From contig CAVWVI010000003.1 in NCBI GenBank assembly GCA_963758495.1, positions 960,001 through 1,024,000 on the forward strand: DNA of 64,000 nucleotides, read 5' to 3'. Below are positions 50,682-59,347 of the stretch, piece by piece. Each line of letters starts with the position of its first letter. Position 1 is the stretch's first letter. The notes below the pieces were generated by a model. That model had not been told where the DNA came from. It did no database searches and saw nothing but the letters and a program-made list of their open reading frames with translations. The translations under genes and the position numbers were made by a program. The stretch is from Oligoflexia bacterium (GTDB taxonomy: Bacteria; Bdellovibrionota; UBA1018).

Positions 50682-50756
50682 AAATACGATATTTAAAGTC
50701 CGATTTCAACCGAATTTCATTCTGACGGACCATATACGACATATTATATCGTATAT
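50682..50756 (-). promoter_or_regulatory. Two related 25-bp imperfect palindromes (50682-50706, 50732-50756), candidate Rrf2/IscR operators; the upstream one contains a minus-strand TATAAT
   Basis: ATATACGACATATTATATCGTATAT and AAATACGATATTTAAAGTCCGATTT directly upstream of the rrf2 start. Confidence 0.65.
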
Positions 50757-50831
50757 TAAATAAAGAGGATAGCTCTTTCATTAAACTAATCCAATTAATT
50801 GGTGCGCCAATATTCAAACGTTTCTGTGAAT

Positions 50832-51047
50832 TTAAGTCTCAAACCCGTTCACTTGATCTCTTTTCAATCCAGAAAAAGCCATTTCTGCTAGCTCATCAAA
50901 CTCCACCTCTACATCATCATAAATGAGTAAGTAGGGATATTTTTGCCCTGCTGTTGAAGCAGCTGGATGGATCGTTTCAGCAACCGTGTAAGACGCTGTC
51001 AGAGACATCGTAAAAAAATAAAACAAAGACACCAAAGTCACCTTCAT
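50832..51047 (-). CDS. Small putative secreted protein (71 aa)
   Basis: AAGGAG SD upstream, signal-peptide-like N-terminus. Confidence 0.5.
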   Translation of the reverse strand: MKVTLVSLFYFFTMSLTASYTVAETIHPAASTAGQKYPYLLIYDDVEVEFDELAEMAFSGLKRDQVNGFET

Positions 51048-51649
51048 AAAAAAGAAACTCCTTCTCTCCCCTCACATAAAGCAAGCGTCATGCCTTAATT
51101 AAATTTTATTAATTTAATACTATGATTTCATTTGTCTTTATCGACCTCACTTACTTATTTAAAGAATAATGATAGAATTTTAGATGATTAAGAACTAAGC
51201 ATCTGACAACCAACACCCAAAGCAGGGCCGTAGGGTAAAGACCGAACTGACTCGCAATAAGTGTAAGTGTGAGTAATCCCAAACATTAAAATACACAAGG
51301 TCCTCTGTATCGAAAAAACCGTCAAAATAATATTATTCCCAAACTTATATTTAATTGACTATTGCGATCGATTTCGATGAAATCAGCACCCAGTCTGATT
51401 CAGATCGGCTTCTGTCCTAGGCTCTCAGTTCGGAAGACAGCCAACGGATTCAGAAAAGACTCCGTTCTAGCGCAGTCCTCTTCGACTCAAAGTTGTATTT
51501 CATTAAAATTTGCTAGATGCCGATAAAGTATTTTAAGTTTTACAGATCGTAAAATTAAAAATTTCTAGAAGAAACCAACTCACCGCTTCTCGGTATTATT
51601 TATTTATGTTTCAATATGTAATGTAATTCAACTTTAGGGGGATAAGAAA

Positions 51650-54580
51650 ATGTCACGCTGGATGAAGTTTGGAAATGTAATTATAGGGTTATCGATTCTA
51701 ATGACTTACAATTCAAAGCAAGGGGCCGCTGCCGTTTTTACCAATATCACCCCAGGTACAATTCAAAGTGTCTTTGCCTCTGGCAAGTGTCTCGATGTCA
51801 CCAATATGAGCACCTCACCAGGAGCAACCTTACAGATCTGGGATTGCTCTGGCACAGCCAATCAGACATTCGATATTCGATCAGATACAGGCGATATTCG
51901 GGTCTATAACGATTCAATGTGTTTAGACGTTTCTGGGGGAGTAGCCAAAAATGGAAGTGCGGTTATTATTTCCCCTTGCAATGGAGGCTCCAGCCAAAAG
52001 TGGTCGCTCTCATCTACCGGTCAAATTATAAGTACGAATGGTCAATGCCTTGACGTTATGAATTGGAATTCAAACAATGGCACCCAAATTCAGACCTGGA
52101 GTTGTACGGGGGGCACAAATGAGAAATGGACCTACACGCCAGACGTAGCACCTTCCCCAACGCCGACTCCAAGTTCAACTCCAACTCCGATGCTTTTCCA
52201 AAGTGTCTTTGCCTCTGGCAAGTGTCTCGATGTCACCAATATGAGCACCTCACCAGGAGCAACCTTGCAGATTTGGGATTGTTCTGGCACAGCCAATCAG
52301 ACATTCGATATTCGATCAGATACAGGCGATATTCGGGTCTATAACGATTCGATGTGTTTAGACGTTTCCGGGGGATTAGCCAAAAATGGAAGTGCGGTTA
52401 TTATTTCCCCTTGCAATGGAGGCTCCAGCCAAAAGTGGTCGCTTTCACCTACCGGTCAAATTATAAGTACGAATGGTCAATGCCTCGATATTACGAATTG
52501 GAATTCAAACAATGGTACCCAAATTCAGACCTGGAGCTGTACGGGGGGCACAAATGAGCAATGGGCCTACACGCCAACCGTAGTACCTTCCCCAACTCCG
52601 ACTCCAACTCCGACTCCAACTCCGACTCCAACTCCAACTCCGACTCCGACTCCGACTCCGACTCCGACTCCAACTCCGACTCCAACCCCAACTCCGACTC
52701 CAACGTCGACTCCAACTCCGATGTTTATCCAAAGTGTCTTTGCCTCTGGCAAGTGTCTCGATGTCACCAATATGAGCACCTCACCAGGAGCAACCTTACA
52801 GATCTGGGATTGTTCTGGCACAGCCAATCAGACATTCGATATTCGATCAGATACAGGCGATATTCGGGTCTATAACGATTCGATGTGTTTAGACGTTTCC
52901 GGGGGATTAGCCAAAAATGGAAGTGCGGTTATTATTTCCCCTTGCAATGGAGGCTCCAGCCAAAAGTGGTCGCTTTCACCTACCGGTCAAATTATAAGTA
53001 CGAATGGTCAATGCCTCGATATTACGAATTGGAATTCAAACGATGGCGCCCAAGTTCAGACCTGGAGCTGTACGGGGGGCACAAATGAGCAATGGACCTA
53101 CACGCCAAACCTACCACCTTCCCCAACGCCGACTCCAAGTTCAACCCCAAGCTCAACTCCAACATCAACTCCAACATCAACTCCAACATCAACTCCAACG
53201 TCGACTCCAACATCGACTCCAAGCTCAACCCCTTCAACTGGATCGAGTGTCCAGGTTTGGTTGACCACGCCTGATCAAGTCCATCTTTTGGAGCGGCAGT
53301 CAGATATCCAAATAGCTCCAGACACGGGCATCACCAATCCAGTCACCGTTACTGTCAATGATGGGCTGACTTACCAGCAAATGGACGGGTTTGGTGCTTC
53401 AATTACCGACTCAGCTGCATGGCTGATAGCCGAGAAGCTGAGTGCATCTCAACGGAGTGCTCTCATGACCCAACTTTTTGATCCAAATCAGGGTATCGGC
53501 GTGAGCTTCCTCAGGCAACCACTCGGAACAAGCGATCTCTCTTTGACGGATTTCACTTATGATGAAATGCCATCCGGACACACGGATCCGACACTCGCTA
53601 GTTTTTCAATCAGTCATGACCTTCCATATATCATTCCCGTGCTTCAACAGGCGCTCCAGATCAATCCAAGTATCAAAGTCATGATGACGCCTTGGACTGC
53701 GCCCACCTGGATGAAAACAAGTGACTCATTCATCGGAGGTACTCTCATTGATCCTACGTCCTACAGCCCTTATGCAAACTATATTGTAAAATCCATTCAG
53801 GCATACCAAGCTGCGGGAATCCCAATCTATGCAATAACACCCACAAATGAGCCTTTGAATGCGGGGAATTCTGCGTCCACGTCCCTAAGCTGGAATCAGG
53901 AGGACACCTTAGTCGGTAAGTATCTTGGTCCTGCCTTGTTAAATGCTGGCCTCACGACGAATATTTTGCTTTTTGACCATAACTGGGGAGACTATTCTTA
54001 TCCTATGTCTATTCTCAATGACCCGGTAGCAGCAAGTTATTCGGCGGGCTCGGCATTCCACTGCTATAGTGGAGATCCATCTGCCATGACTACTGTGCAT
54101 AATGCATATCCAAACAAAGACATTTATTTTACCGAGTGTAGCGGTGGCACATGGGGATCAGGATTTGCTGGGGATATGATATGGGATTTTCATAATCTCT
54201 TTATTGGATCCGTACGTAACTGGGCCAAAACTGTCGTACTCTGGGGCATGGCCTTAGATGACAACTATGGACCCACGCTCGATTGTCAGGGTTGCGAAGG
54301 TCTAGTGACCATTCATCAACCCACTGGCACCTACACGCCGAATGAGTTTTATTACTATACTGGGCATTCCAGTAAGTTTGTTGTCCCAGGAGCTTACCGA
54401 GTGGACTCCAACACATTCAATGGCGGCATTGAAAATGTTGCGTATAAAAATCCAGATGGCTCAATCGTGATGGTTGTTTTAAATAACAGTACGTCTAACA
54501 CCACCTTTAAGGTCATGTGGGGCAGTAACTCCTTTAGCTATACATTACCGGCTGGAGCGGTGGCGACATTAAAGTGGTAA
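51650..54580 (+). CDS. Secreted GH30 glycoside hydrolase (beta-1,6-glucanase/glucosylceramidase-like) with three N-terminal ricin-B (CBM13) domains and Pro/Thr linkers
   Basis: CLD and QxW ricin motifs; QQMDGFGASITDS, NEP acid/base, FDHNW, AFHCY, FTECSGG nucleophile, GHSSKFVVPGA. Confidence 0.9.
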   Translation: MSRWMKFGNVIIGLSILMTYNSKQGAAAVFTNITPGTIQSVFASGKCLDVTNMSTSPGATLQIWDCSGTANQTFDIRSDTGDIRVYNDSMCLDVSGGVAKNGSAVIISPCNGGSSQKWSLSSTGQIISTNGQCLDVMNWNSNNGTQIQTWSCTGGTNEKWTYTPDVAPSPTPTPSSTPTPMLFQSVFASGKCLDVTNMSTSPGATLQIWDCSGTANQTFDIRSDTGDIRVYNDSMCLDVSGGLAKNGSAVIISPCNGGSSQKWSLSPTGQIISTNGQCLDITNWNSNNGTQIQTWSCTGGTNEQWAYTPTVVPSPTPTPTPTPTPTPTPTPTPTPTPTPTPTPTPTPTPTPTSTPTPMFIQSVFASGKCLDVTNMSTSPGATLQIWDCSGTANQTFDIRSDTGDIRVYNDSMCLDVSGGLAKNGSAVIISPCNGGSSQKWSLSPTGQIISTNGQCLDITNWNSNDGAQVQTWSCTGGTNEQWTYTPNLPPSPTPTPSSTPSSTPTSTPTSTPTSTPTSTPTSTPSSTPSTGSSVQVWLTTPDQVHLLERQSDIQIAPDTGITNPVTVTVNDGLTYQQMDGFGASITDSAAWLIAEKLSASQRSALMTQLFDPNQGIGVSFLRQPLGTSDLSLTDFTYDEMPSGHTDPTLASFSISHDLPYIIPVLQQALQINPSIKVMMTPWTAPTWMKTSDSFIGGTLIDPTSYSPYANYIVKSIQAYQAAGIPIYAITPTNEPLNAGNSASTSLSWNQEDTLVGKYLGPALLNAGLTTNILLFDHNWGDYSYPMSILNDPVAASYSAGSAFHCYSGDPSAMTTVHNAYPNKDIYFTECSGGTWGSGFAGDMIWDFHNLFIGSVRNWAKTVVLWGMALDDNYGPTLDCQGCEGLVTIHQPTGTYTPNEFYYYTGHSSKFVVPGAYRVDSNTFNGGIENVAYKNPDGSIVMVVLNNSTSNTTFKVMWGSNSFSYTLPAGAVATLKW
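51764..53107 (+). repeat. Three near-identical 378-bp direct repeats (51764-52141, 52199-52576, 52730-53107) encoding ricin-B domains
   Basis: Each unit starts CAAAGTGTCTTTGCCTCTGGCAAG and ends TACACGCCA. Confidence 0.95.
52592..52720 (+). repeat. Hexamer microsatellite (CCRACT)n encoding a Pro-Thr linker
   Basis: CCAACT/CCGACT array; a related PTST array lies at about 53120-53237. Confidence 0.9.
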
Positions 54581-54616
54581 AAAAACTATAAGAAGGTAAG
54601 GATAACCGGTTTTTTT

Positions 54617-54656
54617 AAAAGAGGATGCTGCAATGAATGCAGCATCCTTTTTTTTT
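54617..54656. terminator. Intrinsic terminator, probably bidirectional, between convergent GH30 and GT2 genes
   Basis: 11-bp stem AGGATGCTGCA/TGCAGCATCCT, 5-nt loop, T run after and A run before. Confidence 0.85.
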
Positions 54657-56427
54657 AATCGTTCGATGAAGTTGGCTCATTCGACGGAGCTAACTCATTC
54701 GATGGAGCTAACTCATTCGATGGAGCTGACTCATTCGATGGAGCTGACTCATTTGACGGAGCGGAAATTCTGGTGGTAACATTCCACTTAGTCATATTGA
54801 ACGCGTTTCTATAGTGACCCATGACACTGATTGCACTCTTTAAAGGATCATAAAGGGTGTTGATCAAGTAGAATTTGGCATACTGCGCGGCATTCAGGTC
54901 TGGATGTTTCACATCCCCTACGTGATACCGAGAGGCAGCTATGATGACAATCGGCATAACCATTTGCGCTGCGGATGCAGCGATCATAGGGAAGTCCGGT
55001 CCCGCATTCTCTTTAACAACATAAGTCACTGCAGCTGCAACCGTATATGGAGTGATATAGCTGTACATCTCACGCCAATGGAGCAGAAAAAAGACCATGC
55101 CTTTCCGATAGAGGGATAAGTCTTTATTGACCAGTAGCTTCGCATGACGGAGAGCGACTTGAGACCAGCCTTGTGTCCAACGAAGGCGTTGTTTGAATAA
55201 AGCATCTAAAGACGGTGGTGCTTCTTCAAATGAAACTACAGTTGGATCGTAAACGATATTCGCACCGTTTTTCATAGATCTGAAAGATGAATCGATGTCC
55301 TCAGTCAACATCGAGCCATCCATTCCAATCTTTTCTAAAAGATTGAATTTCCAATAGCCATTAGTTCCACCAAAGAATGCGAAGTTACGCAGGACAGAAC
55401 CGCCAGCATGGTTAACACCATAGATCATATCAAACTCAGCAGCAACCATGGGGGACCCTCGAGTGATGGCACAACGCCCTTGGAGTAGATCCGCATTTTT
55501 TTCTTTCATGGTTTGGAGAGCGTAAACAAGTGCGTTCTGGTCGGGCTGATGGTCTGCATCATAGAGAATACAAAGTTCAGGTCGAACTTCAGCACTGCCT
55601 AGTACCTTCACTGCTTCGTTGACGTTCTCAGCTTTAGAATGAGAGGTTTCGACACTCAGGTCTTGGATCTCAACACCCTCTTGTAAGGGCAAATTCTTGA
55701 TCTGATTCCTTAAAGTTTCTATTTGCTCGGGAGTGCCTCCGTTATGGGCTACAAACACCTTAAAATGAGCACCTTCAGGAAGGCGAAGTGAGGTGACTGC
55801 TTTCATCGAGTCCTCTAGAACGCCGATTTCATTTGGAAGGTAGGCAGAAATGATTGCGGATAACGACTTTGGAAGATCCGCTGTCGTTGCATTTTTATGA
55901 AGTTTCTTATGAGAACGCCAAGAATGAAACGACGCAAGCGCTTCTGAAAATAACCAAGCATTGGTTACCATAATAGCTCCAGATCCGACCCAGTAAATGA
56001 CAGGTAAATACTCAACAGGAGTTTCTACAGCTACAGCGGCAGGGATTCCCAAAAGAACAGCTCCGACATAGAGATACTGGGCCTTTTCTTTCACGAAATT
56101 GCAGAATTTATCAAAACACCTCGAAGTTCTTGACGGGGTCTTTGCTTCATTGGAGCTTTCTAATATTTGTGAATCGGTCGGGGGAGCAATTTCGGGACTA
56201 TCTCCAGGGCAGACTTCCTCAAGTGGAAGTTCGTTTTTCGAACTCTTCTTACAGAGATCTCCTAAAGTGAGTATTTCAATGATCGTATCATTGGTAGTGG
56301 GAACGCTCGGGACGGCCGAGTCATCATTTACGGAAATGCTGACTGAGTCAGCTGGACCTGCAGCATAGGAAGCCGTAATGCTTTGGCAAAAGAGGGTGAG
56401 TACTAAAAGACTACTTATTTTTTTCAT
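54655..56427 (-). CDS. Processive GT2 glycosyltransferase (cellulose-synthase-like) with N-terminal signal-peptide-like extension
   Basis: AYLPNE, SKAENVN, YDADH, FGGTNG, LTEDID, QRLRW (D,D,D,QxxRW) and flanking TMs. Confidence 0.88.
   Translation of the reverse strand: MKKISSLLVLTLFCQSITASYAAGPADSVSISVNDDSAVPSVPTTNDTIIEILTLGDLCKKSSKNELPLEEVCPGDSPEIAPPTDSQILESSNEAKTPSRTSRCFDKFCNFVKEKAQYLYVGAVLLGIPAAVAVETPVEYLPVIYWVGSGAIMVTNAWLFSEALASFHSWRSHKKLHKNATTADLPKSLSAIISAYLPNEIGVLEDSMKAVTSLRLPEGAHFKVFVAHNGGTPEQIETLRNQIKNLPLQEGVEIQDLSVETSHSKAENVNEAVKVLGSAEVRPELCILYDADHQPDQNALVYALQTMKEKNADLLQGRCAITRGSPMVAAEFDMIYGVNHAGGSVLRNFAFFGGTNGYWKFNLLEKIGMDGSMLTEDIDSSFRSMKNGANIVYDPTVVSFEEAPPSLDALFKQRLRWTQGWSQVALRHAKLLVNKDLSLYRKGMVFFLLHWREMYSYITPYTVAAAVTYVVKENAGPDFPMIAASAAQMVMPIVIIAASRYHVGDVKHPDLNAAQYAKFYLINTLYDPLKSAISVMGHYRNAFNMTKWNVTTRISAPSNESAPSNESAPSNELAPSNELAPSNEPTSSND
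54676..54762 (-). repeat. Five 18-bp tandem repeats encoding APSNE(S/L) at the GT2 C-terminus
   Basis: CTCATTCGATGGAGC-type units read directly. Confidence 0.92.
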
Positions 56428-57159
56428 AAAATCCTAAAAAAGTTATTTTTGCAGATGGCCTGACGACTCCATTTGCTTTGTTTATTTACTTAAGATTGAT
56501 GTACTATCACTTATTAGACTAAAAGGAAATAATATTCTTAATATAAATTATAAATAATGCCTAATTAATCATAAATAAATGCATCTTCTCTGTTTATTTA
56601 AATACTTAGGCGTGATTTGTATTTATGTTTTCAGGTAGCAACATCGTCTTTAAGCCTGAGATTATTGCTGTAATTATCATTCATGGAGGGAGATCTTCAA
56701 TTTTTTCACTCGGGCTTAATTCAATATTTTTACCAGCATAAAAACAACTAACTAATTTAATTCCTACTTCACGCTTCACTCATAAATGAGAGGAATCCGC
56801 ATGAATTCGGCACATTGTACTTTAAGTCTCTGATACTGACTCGAACTAGAGACCAAACTTGAAATTTATTACGAATCAGTAAGAAGATTAAAAACAGAAA
56901 AATAAGCTACACGGCAAACTTGTTATATTTAATTATTTGCACCTGAGTATCAGTTTTGATTGAACGGAGAATTTACTCACCCTTGAGGGGGAGGTGAGTA
57001 AATCTTTAAACTACCTTACTGCCCAAGAAACTCCCGCATTTACGCGAGAGTTATTTAATAAAGACACAGCAAGGCTCAGCTATGATGTAAGAGAGAGCTT
57101 TACCCTGCCCTCATTGATCTTCAAACAGAGCTTCGCGCGCTAAATCCCTAACTACGTGA

Positions 57160-58965
57160 TTAGTTCCCTTTAGCAAGTTTTAGAGCGTTTATCACGACAA
57201 CAAGCCAGAAGGCGACCCGCTTGGAAGTGGCTCCAGAAACAGAGACTGAATCAGGTCGATGCGGAGTGATTCCAGTGGTTGGATCATTTGAATCAACAGG
57301 AGCAGAAAATGGATTACCACCATAAATAGAGACTGGATTAGGAGTGGTAGAGTTTAGAGCGGATTCACCACCGGAAGTGCCGGAAGTGGTAGAGTTTAGA
57401 GCGGATTCACCACTGGAAATGGTAGAGTTTAGAGTGGGAGTAGGAGCGGAAGCGGTAGAGTTCTGAGCCAGTGGATACGTCATTACATGAGTAATAACGG
57501 ACTTCGCTGGGAGATCAAAATATAGATAATAGCCATCAATATTTAATTTATAGAGTTGATCGGAGCCATTATCGTTGTAAACGACCACTACGACTGATTT
57601 GTCAGGATTTATCGCTGACATTGAGTATACATTTTGATTACCTTGAATCGTAGGAGGAATGTAAAAGGCACCGGATTTGATAAATTTAGATAGATGCCCT
57701 AAAGCGTAATACTCATCTTCAAATGTTATGGTACTCAGATTAGCAACTGTAACGAGACCTTTACAGTCCTCACAGCCACCCCATAATTTAGGGCCATAAT
57801 GATTATCGAGTACAATATTCCAGAAAATTACGGTTTTTGCTGCGTTAGCTATGCTTCCCATCAGGGTGTCTTTTAGGTCATACCCTACATTGAGCGCATC
57901 GCCTTTCTGAGTGTAATTTCCATATCCCGTGGCCTCGTTGAAGTAGACCTCTTTGCCAGGGTTTGCGGCATTGAATAGACCTTGATCGGCAGGGACGCCA
58001 AAGTAGTTATGCCAGGCAGTTCCGCTAATGTATTGATTAGCTTCAGGGTCTGCCGTAAAAAAATCTAAAGGCAAATTTTGGAAGCCTGCACGGTCTTCCA
58101 CCCAGTTATGGTCCCAGGCGATAACCTTTGTATTATTCAATCCGTTGGCCTGCAGTTCTTGAGCTATGGCAACTCCTAGGGCGCGCTGCTGGTCGATCGT
58201 CAATATCATTGTGGGAAAGTCCGGCTCCTCAACTGAGGGTTCATTTTGTATGGTTATTGTAGTAAAGTTAATGGAGCGTCCCGGTTGTTGAAACTCCTGA
58301 AGAACCATTCTTAAATACTTGGCATAGGTCGCGATCGTTTCATTGCCAGGTAATAAGGTGCCACCATAGAGATTTTGTGTAACCTTAAGCCAGCCTGGTG
58401 CCGAAAAGGGCGTGGCCATAAGTAGCAGTTCATCGCCTTCACTCTCTTTTATAGCCTTAATTTCATGAATAAGTGGAATGATATAAAGGTCATCGTGTGC
58501 GAGAGAAATTTTCGCTAAATTTTCGTCAGCTGTCCCTACTTGATCAGGAGTCAGATCATCGTAAGTGTAGTGATTGAGACTTGCCGGATGGGTAAATTCT
58601 GTAGCTCCTAATGGCAGCCGTATATAGTTTAAACCAATTCCATTAATGCTAGAAAAAAGCACAGACAGAACTTGGCTTTTTTCGGCATCGGGTAAATCGG
58701 AAATGAGTCTAGCGGATGAATCCGTAAGCGCCGCTCCAAATCCCTCAAGTTGTTGTTTCGTATTTGTGCTATCGACGGAAACTTCGGTGTCAGCCGCACC
58801 ACTGGTTAACCCCGTGTTATAAGGCGCCATTCGTACAGTACTATCAACCGCTGATGAGAGCCAGCTTTGTATTTTAGGGTCCGCTCCAGAAACAATACTT
58901 GGGTTTTGGCCCTGAATTGCTAAAGATCCGATCGTCAACACTGAAAACAATTTTATAGCTAACAC
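57160..58965 (-). CDS. Secreted GH30 glycoside hydrolase with Ser/Thr-rich stalk and hydrophobic C-terminal tail
   Basis: QQLEGFGAALTDSS, YTYDD, QNEP, WDHNW, AWHNY, YFNEATG, GHLSKFI; GGAGG SD before GTG. Confidence 0.88.
   Translation of the reverse strand: MLAIKLFSVLTIGSLAIQGQNPSIVSGADPKIQSWLSSAVDSTVRMAPYNTGLTSGAADTEVSVDSTNTKQQLEGFGAALTDSSARLISDLPDAEKSQVLSVLFSSINGIGLNYIRLPLGATEFTHPASLNHYTYDDLTPDQVGTADENLAKISLAHDDLYIIPLIHEIKAIKESEGDELLLMATPFSAPGWLKVTQNLYGGTLLPGNETIATYAKYLRMVLQEFQQPGRSINFTTITIQNEPSVEEPDFPTMILTIDQQRALGVAIAQELQANGLNNTKVIAWDHNWVEDRAGFQNLPLDFFTADPEANQYISGTAWHNYFGVPADQGLFNAANPGKEVYFNEATGYGNYTQKGDALNVGYDLKDTLMGSIANAAKTVIFWNIVLDNHYGPKLWGGCEDCKGLVTVANLSTITFEDEYYALGHLSKFIKSGAFYIPPTIQGNQNVYSMSAINPDKSVVVVVYNDNGSDQLYKLNIDGYYLYFDLPAKSVITHVMTYPLAQNSTASAPTPTLNSTISSGESALNSTTSGTSGGESALNSTTPNPVSIYGGNPFSAPVDSNDPTTGITPHRPDSVSVSGATSKRVAFWLVVVINALKLAKGN
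57343..57434 (-). repeat. Imperfect repeats encoding (GESA)LNST in the GH30 stalk
   Basis: TGGTAGAGTTTAGAG occurs three times. Confidence 0.8.
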
Positions 58966-59347
58966 CTAAAACCTCCGACTTTTAAACGCATCCTTTAATT
59001 TCCTCTAATAACTTCTTCAAGAAAAATTCGAGAATGTTCTTAATACTTAATCAATAAGTACATATACACTAATTAAATACTATATCAACAATTAATAATA
59101 AAAAATCCACCCATCAGGGCTGAGACACTTGCATTTCGATTCCTTAACTACCTGAAAAATAGGGGCTTTTAACTTTTTAAGATCTCAAAAAATTTTTTTA
59201 ATGTGATTTGAAATTCTATTTATTAATAAATTATCATTGAATAATTAGCAATACAAAACATAGACAAACAACAACCAGATCGGTTGTACAACTGCAAGAG
59301 ATTAAATAGATTCTTGTCATACTACTGGAAAGATATATTTGGCCGAA

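Noticed and set aside
51764..53240. Repeat-spacer-like pattern as a possible CRISPR array
   Set aside because: Units are 378-bp in-frame coding domains; no short repeats with unique spacers and no cas genes
52126..53274. Alternative-frame ORFs with ESES, SRSR, GVGV, SDSN and QLQH repeats
   Set aside because: Shadows of the Pro/Thr microsatellite and ricin repeats of the GH30 gene
56911..56945. GGCAAAC as the start of a c-di-GMP-I riboswitch
   Set aside because: No GAAA tetraloop stem or GACGCAAA follows
59117..59166. GGGCTGAGA...ACCTGA...TAGGGG resembling a TPP riboswitch
   Set aside because: Lacks the P5 GxTAATxCC element and points toward the 3' end of a convergent gene, not a 5' UTR
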